DNA of 64,000 bases, from positions 25,518-89,517 of the forward strand of contig CAWDLF010000003.1 in assembly GCA_963803105.1 (NCBI GenBank), given 5' to 3'. Below are positions 1 through 6,776 of this stretch, piece by piece. Below the pieces are notes generated by a model. The model ran no database searches. It was not told the origin of the DNA and worked only from the letters and a program-made list of their open reading frames with translations. This DNA is from Terriglobia bacterium (GTDB taxonomy: Bacteria > Acidobacteriota > Terriglobia > Acidiferrales > UBA7541). A program made the translations under genes and the position numbers. Positions within the stretch are counted from its first letter, which is position 1, and every line of letters begins with the position of its first letter.

Positions 1-7
1 CAAGTTC

Positions 8-46
8 GCCCGCCTAAGAGGCGAGGCGGCCGCTACAAAGGCAAAA
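8..46 (+). repeat. REP-like intergenic module: short GC hairpin followed by GGCGGCCGCTACAAAGGCAAAA
   Basis: The motif CGGCCGCTACAA(A/G)GGCAAA recurs at 24992-25010 (+). It also recurs as the reverse complement at 62391-62423. All copies are intergenic. Confidence 0.5.
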
Positions 47-272
47 CGAGACCTACCTTTCGCGAAAGGCGCGCCAGATGGGGCACCCGGCAAAGCACAA
101 CCAAAGGCTGCCGGGCTAAAGACCCCGGCGCTACGCTAAACACCACCCCCCGGCTAACGTCGAGCTACCGGCCATCGAGGGCTTGGTAGTGACTCTAAGT
201 TACTACCGGAACCTTCGCCTGGTTTACACCGCGCCCGGCTTGTACTATAGTCTCGCGACCTGGTAACGGCAT

Positions 273-968
273 ATGAACTGGACAGCCAAAGCGCGCCCGG
301 CAGGAGTGGCTTCTGGAGTATCGGCTTCGAAGCCGACCGTAATGGCCACGAATAGCGCCTCGCCGAACCTACGGACCACCAATGCGCTGAAAGAATTCCT
401 CTGGCTGCTGGGCGATATTCCGCAGGCGCGCATCCTCGATCTGGGGCCCATCTGGCAGTCGACCGTTAACTTCTTTTTGGATAAGGGCTTCCGAATCTCA
501 TCCGAGGACCTGCTGCGCGGCTGGAAAGAGTTTCTGAGTGTCGAAGAAGAATCGCTGCGAACGCATCCCGTGGGCAAAGAAGGGGACGAAGTCGAATCCA
601 CGACCATCGCCCAGCGGTTTTTGGAAAACGCACTACAGTATGGGGATGAAAGCGTTCACGGCATTCTGGCTTGGGATTTGCTGGACTACTTCGATGCGGA
701 CGTGGTGCCGCGGTTGACGGAGCGGTTGTTCCGGATTCTGCGCCCTGGCGGCGCGATGATGGGCCTTTTCCATAGCCGTCCGGCAGCATCATTCCATCGC
801 TATCGCATTGTGGACGGCCAAACCATCGAGCAGCTTCCGGCGCCCACGCTCGCCGTGCACGCGCACGTTTTCCAGAATCGCGAAATCCTCGACCTCTTTG
901 GGGAGTTCCGCTCGTCTAAAACCTTCGTGGGACGCGATCAGGTCCGCGAAGCACTCTTCTTGAAGTAA
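273..968 (+). CDS. Class I SAM-dependent methyltransferase-like protein
   Basis: 231-aa ORF with ILDLGPIW (motif I-like) and RILRPGGAMMGLFH (post-II/III-like) segments. The start is uncertain; an internal Met at MATNSASP is possible. Confidence 0.55.
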   Translation: MNWTAKARPAGVASGVSASKPTVMATNSASPNLRTTNALKEFLWLLGDIPQARILDLGPIWQSTVNFFLDKGFRISSEDLLRGWKEFLSVEEESLRTHPVGKEGDEVESTTIAQRFLENALQYGDESVHGILAWDLLDYFDADVVPRLTERLFRILRPGGAMMGLFHSRPAASFHRYRIVDGQTIEQLPAPTLAVHAHVFQNREILDLFGEFRSSKTFVGRDQVREALFLK

Positions 969-1146
969 GCTCTTTTCACGTCTTTCCCAACGCCACCCGG
1001 ACCCCCAGCGGCTATTTTGGAACGAGGCGGTATTTGTCCGGGAACTCGACCTGCCGGGCAGGAAACCATGAGCGCATGTGGAAGTGCGTGCCGCGGGCGC
1101 GAGCCTAATTACAAAAGAACATATCGCTCATACCAAAACATATATA

Positions 1147-1175
1147 TTGCAAAACGGCAAAACTGATGAAATTAT
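1147..1175 (+). promoter_or_regulatory. Candidate sigma-70 promoter (TTGCAA, 17-nt spacer, AATTAT)
   Basis: -35 TTGCAA at 1147-1152, a 17-nt spacer, and a -10-like AATTAT at 1170-1175. It lies in an unusually AT-rich intergenic patch. Confidence 0.3.
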
Positions 1176-1181
1176 GGCCAA

Positions 1182-1254
1182 ACTCTGGGCGGACTATTAT
1201 TAGGACGCCCGCGATACCGGAGGCAGAGGCCACCCCCTCTGCCTCCTCTGTTTT
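1182..1254 (+). ncRNA. Candidate small RNA (promoter-to-terminator unit of about 70-75 nt)
   Basis: It lies between the candidate promoter and a strong intrinsic terminator and contains an additional GGGCG...CGCCC hairpin. The only ORF here (1166..1882) runs through the terminator and antisense into the kinase gene. Confidence 0.3.
1219..1254 (+). terminator. Rho-independent terminator (plus-strand orientation)
   Basis: An 11-bp perfect stem, GGAGGCAGAGG (1219-1229) pairing with CCTCTGCCTCC (1236-1246), with a 6-nt loop and then TCTGTTTT. Confidence 0.6.
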
Positions 1255-1348
1255 CCCACCGTCCAAGAACAGGCTCTCGAGCACGCACGGTGAGCCAGCG
1301 CATCGCGGAATCGAAATCACACAAAGTGGAATAGCGCGAAGGACTGTA

Positions 1349-2518
1349 TTATTTCGCTACTTCGGTCAACGGAGTCATCGGTATAACCGCTGTTACGGTT
1401 GTTCCGGTCGCCCGGGAATCGATCTGCAAATCCCCACCCAATTCACGGACGCGCTCGCGCATACTGGCGATACCGACACCAGACTGGGTTGTTTCTGTAT
1501 TTCTGTCACCGAATCCCTTTCCGCGGTCTTCAATGGCGAGCGATACACTTCCGTTTGCCAGGCGAATCCGAATCGTGGCTGTTTGACTGCCAGAGTGACG
1601 ATGGATGTTTGTGAGGCTCTCCTGCAACACTCGGAACAGAACTATTTCAAGCGATTGCGACAATCGGTCCAGACCCGGGGGCATGTCGAGCGCTACCGCG
1701 ATTCCACTTCGTTGAGTGAATCCCTCGACGTACCAGGGAATTGCCGAACTCAGGCCCATCTCCTCCAACAAGGGAGGATGCAACAAATAAGATATCGTGC
1801 GGACTTCGGCGGTGCAGCGGTCGAGCAGATCGAGCGAGTCTTGCAGCGGTTTTTCGGCGTCGGCGCGGTTTTGCAGTGCTAGTTCGCAAGACATCTTGAT
1901 CGCTATAAGGTATTGTCCGACGCCGTCGTGGAGTTCGCGCGCGATCCGGCGGCGTTCTGCATCCTGGACGCTCATTACCTGGGAGGAGAGATGCCGCAGT
2001 TCCGCGTTGGCCCTCTCGAGCTGTATGCGCCGATCTTCCGACAGGCGCGCAGCTGTTACCATGGCGTGCGCCTGGGGAACCAAACTGGGAAGGGCGATGG
2101 CGGTAACGACCGAAGCCATGGCAGTCACGAGCTTCACGTCGCCGCCCAGCCAGTACAGCGGATACCACAACACAATGATCTCCATGAAGTGCGTGAACCC
2201 GCAAGCCACGATGAACAGCCCGAATGCAAGGAACATCCAGCTGAACGGAATTTCCTTACGGGTCCTCCAAACCAGGTACACCAGCGTGCCTGAGATTGCC
2301 ACGTATGAAAGCCAGATGGCCGCATCGCTTCCCACATGCAGCGCGATTAACTGTCTATTGTAGAGGTAGCACATCGCGTGCGGCATGAAGTTCGAGGCGA
2401 ACGTATTCAGCACCGTGGAGGGAATCATGAGCAAAGTGGCAGCGCTGAGCGCCAGGACCGTGGCGGAAGCGCCTAGAACAAGCTTGTTCTGCGTGATTGC
2501 TGAAGCCGACACTCTCAT
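1349..2518 (-). CDS. Sensor histidine kinase, HisKA_3/NarL-type, with an N-terminal ETR1-like ethylene/Cu-binding membrane domain
   Basis: The H-box is ELHDGVGQYL, and the HATPase_c motifs are LTNIHRHSG, DRGKGF and GVGIASMRERV. N-terminal helices align with plant ETR1 (GSDAAIWLSY...; GLFIVACGFTHFMEI versus ETR1 GAFIVLCGATHLINL). Confidence 0.9.
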   Translation of the reverse strand: MRVSASAITQNKLVLGASATVLALSAATLLMIPSTVLNTFASNFMPHAMCYLYNRQLIALHVGSDAAIWLSYVAISGTLVYLVWRTRKEIPFSWMFLAFGLFIVACGFTHFMEIIVLWYPLYWLGGDVKLVTAMASVVTAIALPSLVPQAHAMVTAARLSEDRRIQLERANAELRHLSSQVMSVQDAERRRIARELHDGVGQYLIAIKMSCELALQNRADAEKPLQDSLDLLDRCTAEVRTISYLLHPPLLEEMGLSSAIPWYVEGFTQRSGIAVALDMPPGLDRLSQSLEIVLFRVLQESLTNIHRHSGSQTATIRIRLANGSVSLAIEDRGKGFGDRNTETTQSGVGIASMRERVRELGGDLQIDSRATGTTVTAVIPMTPLTEVAK

Positions 2519-2770
2519 CTGCGGTGCTCCCCCAACGACTCGATGCTCTATTTCGAACTACGCGGGATCGTATCGTCAATCGTGAAGATTGTGAATCCTG
2601 CATTGTACGCTGTCGACACGACCGACTTATGAGGAGTTGCCGCGACCTTGACGGGTACGAGGACTGCTGGCGTACGTGCCGTCACCGTCTCTTTCTAAGG
2701 TAGCCCTGGTATTGCCGGTGCTATGAATTCGCGTAATGCTCTACGTGTATGCTCCACTGCGGAGGTGGAA

Positions 2771-3292
2771 ATGCGCGACGAGCTGGCGACATATCTTGAG
2801 GATCACCTTGCGGGTTCCGTTCATGCCATCGAGCTTTTGAAAGCAATGCGCGACGATCATAAGGACGAGCCTCTGGGGGAATTTGCCGGCGAACTTGTCC
2901 CAGAAATCGAAGCGGACCGCCAGCAACTGCTGAGGCTCGTCGAGCGAATTGGCGCCGGCCCGAGCGAGATGAAGCAATTAGCGGGATGGGTGAGCGAGAA
3001 GGTTGGCCGCATAAAGCTGAGCCACCGCGTGACAAATAGCCTGAGCACCTTCGAGGCTCTCGAATTTCTCGAACTGGGGATTCATGGGAAGTGGGCGCTG
3101 TGGCGAGCGCTGGCCGAGGTAGGGCCGGCTGAGCCGCGGCTGCAAGGTGTCAATTTTGACCGTCTGATCCGGCGTGCTGACGCGCAGCACTCGCAGGTCG
3201 AAGAGTTCCGCCTGGAATTGGCGCGCACGCTGTTCATCGGCGCGGCACATAAAACAATGCGCGAGCGACCGCAGTTGGCCAGACCAAATTGA
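2771..3292 (+). CDS. Hypothetical protein
   Basis: ORF with a GGAGGTGG RBS 3 nt upstream of the ATG at 2771. No family was recognised. Confidence 0.5.
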   Translation: MRDELATYLEDHLAGSVHAIELLKAMRDDHKDEPLGEFAGELVPEIEADRQQLLRLVERIGAGPSEMKQLAGWVSEKVGRIKLSHRVTNSLSTFEALEFLELGIHGKWALWRALAEVGPAEPRLQGVNFDRLIRRADAQHSQVEEFRLELARTLFIGAAHKTMRERPQLARPN

Positions 3293-3297
3293 TGCCG

Positions 3298-3567
3298 CTA
3301 GCCAAGGGTTTGCTGTGCCCCGTCTTGCCAGTCGGGGTATCCGAGCGCCTCGACTTGTATGCGCTGCAAATTGCGCGTGGCCTCCGCGAGGGCCGCTCGT
3401 TCCGCATCTCCGTCGGAAGTTTGAGCCAGAGCCTGCAGTCGGTCGAAAATGGCCGCCTCGGCCGCGTCAACAAGCCGCCTAAGCTTCGCGGGGTCTTTCT
3501 CTGAGAGAACTGCTTTGTACTGCTGCTGCCATTCTGGAAAGCGAATACTGCCATCTTTGCATTGCAT
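3298..3567 (-). CDS. Hypothetical small protein (89 aa)
   Basis: Clean ORF with a helical, charged sequence. No family was recognised. Confidence 0.45.
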   Translation of the reverse strand: MQCKDGSIRFPEWQQQYKAVLSEKDPAKLRRLVDAAEAAIFDRLQALAQTSDGDAERAALAEATRNLQRIQVEALGYPDWQDGAQQTLG

Positions 3568-3700
3568 TGGGTGACCTCCCTGGTTCTCGACTACGGCGAT
3601 CTTGGAGTGATGGGCCGCCGGGAGACCGCGAAATGGATTTGTAAAGACCTAGCTGGAATAAAAAAGGCCCCGATACCTGTGCCTGCGAGGCCGGTTTTCT

Positions 3701-3859
3701 CTACTCAGTCACATTCCATACGTACAAGTAAGTCGCGTCCGCTGCAGTCGCTACCTTGCGTCCAGCCTTTCGAGTCGCGCGATTCAAGGCTGACCGCACT
3801 TTCGCTTTCGTTTCAGCCAACTCAGCCAGGGGCACCTCAAGCGCCGACCCGGCCTTCAA
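3701..3859 (-). CDS. Possible small basic protein (52 aa from a TTG start)
   Basis: A GAGGGA RBS lies about 9 nt upstream of the TTG at 3859. The longer 110-aa version of the ORF looks non-coding in its N-terminal part. Confidence 0.2.
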   Translation of the reverse strand: MKAGSALEVPLAELAETKAKVRSALNRATRKAGRKVATAADATYLYVWNVTE

Positions 3860-4247
3860 CGATCGAGATCCCTCAGGATCGCGTCGACGATTAACTTGTG
3901 CTTTCCGCTTGCACCACGGTCTTGAACTGCATGGGAGCGCTTTTCGTTCGGCTGCTTGCCATAGGATCCTTTTTCTATACGGAGCGCTATCGTATCGATA
4001 GCGTAATCCTAACGATGCAAAAGAGCGTGTCAAGTAAAAAGTTTACTGAAGACCCGCGGCGCGCATGATGATTTGGCGCTCTATTCCGCTCGATACGAAT
4101 CGCCACGTGTCGGGCTAAGTGAGGAGCCGAATCACATCCGATGGCTCGGAATTACGCCAGGATCGAGATGGACCTCGGGCGATTTGGCGCAGTATCGGGT
4201 GTAAACCTAGGCGGCTCGATCGGGGAGTGCAGCGTGGGCAATCCGAC

Positions 4248-4622
4248 TTAAGGACGGGAACAAAGGCTTTTTAGTGATGGCAGTAGCTGGTCGACGATTC
4301 CCACGGATTTTGGGAAAACCTTGGCGAACCCAGCTTCGCGAGCATTCTTGAGGAGCTGATCGTTGGTGTGCATCGTGAACATAACCATTGCTGTATCGGG
4401 TGCGATGAGCTTGATTTGCCGCCCGGCCTCTAGCCCGTTCATAACGGGCATCTGCAAGTCCAAGATTGCTATGTCCGGGCGAAGTTCCTTCACCTTTTCA
4501 ATAGCCACCTGACCGTTTTCGGCTTCGCCGATCACTTGCAAATCAGTTCCGTGCTCGATGCAGGCTCGAAGCGAGCGGCGGACGAGAGGATTGTCGTCGA
4601 CGATCAGAACTTTGCAAGACAT
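4248..4622 (-). CDS. Single-domain response regulator (CheY-like receiver)
   Basis: KVLIVDDN, ILDLQMP (phospho-acceptor Asp) and the FPKS region (conserved Lys), 124 aa. A GAAGG RBS is present. Confidence 0.9.
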   Translation of the reverse strand: MSCKVLIVDDNPLVRRSLRACIEHGTDLQVIGEAENGQVAIEKVKELRPDIAILDLQMPVMNGLEAGRQIKLIAPDTAMVMFTMHTNDQLLKNAREAGFAKVFPKSVGIVDQLLPSLKSLCSRP

Positions 4623-4820
4623 TTGACCTTCAGTCTCGCCTCCGACTTTGGCTGACTATACCTTCTGACAATCCGGCGCAGAAGCCTAGGAAAGTCACTT
4701 TCACCGTACCGGTAAAGCGCCGGAGGGCACAATACTGACAATGGTGTAGGTTCCTGCCTGGGGTGCTAGTACGACACGCGATTGGTTATGGCGCCGGGGC
4801 AAAGACTACGTTCGGTCGTT

Positions 4821-5546
4821 TCAGTGGACGTCCACTTCGCGGAACCCGAATCCCTTTAGCATGCCGGAAATCGTGCTTCGTGCATTGTCAGCCGCGAGCT
4901 TGAGGATGCCATTTTGCAGCGCGGCTTGTTGGAGCTCGTGTTCTGCTTCCTCGCGGACTTCGCTTTCGAGGTTGGGGTCGGGAGAAGAGAAAAGACCGGT
5001 GTCTCGTGAATACACTTTTGTCAGGGCATTGTCGATTCGCGTGCTCAGGACTTCCGCTGGAGGCAAATGGATCGACACCTTTTGCCCTTCGACCACTACG
5101 TCGCCCGGCTGCAGACCGGCGAGGTCGATGCCGCCAACCACTTCTCCGTGGACAACCAGGAGCAGACGGTCACCCGCGAGAAATGCCGGTAGATAAGGAT
5201 TGGCGTGCTCACCCGAAATAATCTTGTCGGCCGTGTAGCTCACCGTCTCGAGCCGCTGAAGTTCCTGGATCTGGCGAACCACGGTCGGCTGGTCCACGTT
5301 GAACTCCGTGCGACCTCCGCGCAAGATGCTTAATAGATGCAATAGCCCGAGGCCCGTGGAAAACCAAACCAGCGCGCCGATCAGGACGACTGCAAGAATC
5401 GCACCCAGGAGAACTCCCAAAATCCAGGACTGCGCGCTGCGCGCAGTTCGTTGCGCTTCGTTAGCGACCGGTTCGTTAGCGACGGGCGTATTGTTGATCG
5501 TCATATGTTTGCCAGCCACTACAGTGTAGACCAAGCGAAAAATCAT
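4821..5546 (-). CDS. DUF4230-like membrane-anchored protein
   Basis: N-terminal TM helix, then the DUF4230-like pattern VVRQIQELQRLETVSYT...GGIDLAGL...VSIHLPPAEVLSTRID. Confidence 0.6.
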   Translation of the reverse strand: MIFRLVYTVVAGKHMTINNTPVANEPVANEAQRTARSAQSWILGVLLGAILAVVLIGALVWFSTGLGLLHLLSILRGGRTEFNVDQPTVVRQIQELQRLETVSYTADKIISGEHANPYLPAFLAGDRLLLVVHGEVVGGIDLAGLQPGDVVVEGQKVSIHLPPAEVLSTRIDNALTKVYSRDTGLFSSPDPNLESEVREEAEHELQQAALQNGILKLAADNARSTISGMLKGFGFREVDVH

Positions 5547-5661
5547 TGCCTACGATCGTTCGGGGGTATGCGCGACGAATCGGAGGTACGACTCACGGGA
5601 GCTGGGAGGATGGGACCATTGGCGACCGACAGGAGTATACTGCGCGCACGAGGAGGGACCA

Positions 5662-6723
5662 ATGCGGACCGGGGCTGCTATCCGCTCGTTGCTGTTTTCG
5701 TTTGTCCTGCTGGCTTTCTGCCACGGCGTATCCGGGCAAGTCGGCATTTCCGTGAGCTTCGGGCCTCCGGCGCTGCCGATCTACGCGCAGCCAATTTGCC
5801 CCGCCGACGGGTATCTGTGGATGCCCGGCTACTGGGCCTATTATTTCCCCTATGGCTACTACTGGGTGCCGGGCACCTGGGTTCAGCCACCCCAAGTCGG
5901 TTTGCTCTGGACTCCCGGGTATTGGGGATGGGGCGGCAGCAATTTTGTTTTTTACCAGGGATATTGGGGCCCGCAGGTGGGTTACTACGGTGGCATCAAT
6001 TACGGCTACGGTTACGGCGGTGTTGGATATGAAGGCGGCCGCTGGGAAAACGGATACTTCGCTTACAACACATACGTGAACCACGTGAACGCCGCCGTCA
6101 TTCACAACACCTATAGCAACACGGTCACCCGGGCGTCTGAAAATCACATCAGTTACAACGGCGGCGAGGGCGGCATACAGGCGCGCCCCACGCCGGAGCA
6201 AGAGTCATACGCCAACGAACGACACATCGGTCCGGTGACAGCACAAACGCAACATATAGAGGAAGCCCGCAATAATCCCGACCTCCGCGCTTCCGTCAAT
6301 CAGGGCAAGCCGCCCATCGCGGCTACCGCCAAACCCGGCGAGTTCAAGACGGGCGTTGTAGCTTCCAGGGAAGCAGGCGGCGAATACAAGGCGCCCTTAC
6401 CCGATGCCCCGGTCGGTCACGTCGGCGAGCTGCCGGCGCACAACTTTACGCCGCCACATACCGGAAACACCGCGACCGACGAGGAATATCGGCAGCAACA
6501 GAACAAGCTGGCGACTCAGGAAGCGCAGGATCACCAGAAGCTGGAGTTGGAACAGGAGAAAGAACACCAGCAAGCCCTTGAGAAGAACTACAGCGACGCA
6601 CAAAAACTACAGATGGAGCAGCGTCACGTTCAGCAAACGCAACAACTCGAGCAAACCCACGCTAACCAGCAAAGGCAAATGGAGCAGCACCAAGCGCCGA
6701 AGCAGACGACACCGAACAAGTGA
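5662..6723 (+). CDS. Secreted W/Y/G-rich (YXWGXW-type repeat) protein with a Gln-rich coiled-coil tail
   Basis: Signal peptide (LLAFCHGVSGQ), then PGYWAYY..YYWVPGTWV..TPGYWGWGG..YQGYWGPQVGYYGG. The C-terminus is a Q/E/K-rich heptad-like region. Confidence 0.8.
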   Translation: MRTGAAIRSLLFSFVLLAFCHGVSGQVGISVSFGPPALPIYAQPICPADGYLWMPGYWAYYFPYGYYWVPGTWVQPPQVGLLWTPGYWGWGGSNFVFYQGYWGPQVGYYGGINYGYGYGGVGYEGGRWENGYFAYNTYVNHVNAAVIHNTYSNTVTRASENHISYNGGEGGIQARPTPEQESYANERHIGPVTAQTQHIEEARNNPDLRASVNQGKPPIAATAKPGEFKTGVVASREAGGEYKAPLPDAPVGHVGELPAHNFTPPHTGNTATDEEYRQQQNKLATQEAQDHQKLELEQEKEHQQALEKNYSDAQKLQMEQRHVQQTQQLEQTHANQQRQMEQHQAPKQTTPNK

Positions 6724-6776
6724 AGCTCTGCGGGGCAGCGGTTCCTAAGCGGGCATTCAGGACGTTCCGAAGATAC

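Noticed and set aside
1166-1882. 238-aa plus-strand ORF starting in the AT-rich patch
   Set aside because: It reads straight through a strong intrinsic terminator and then antisense through the histidine-kinase gene. It is not credible as a gene.
3985-4003. Palindrome CGCTATCG-TAT-CGATAGCG
   Set aside because: It is a real 8-bp inverted repeat, but it is isolated and sits in a region with no confident gene on either side. Its function cannot be argued from sequence alone.
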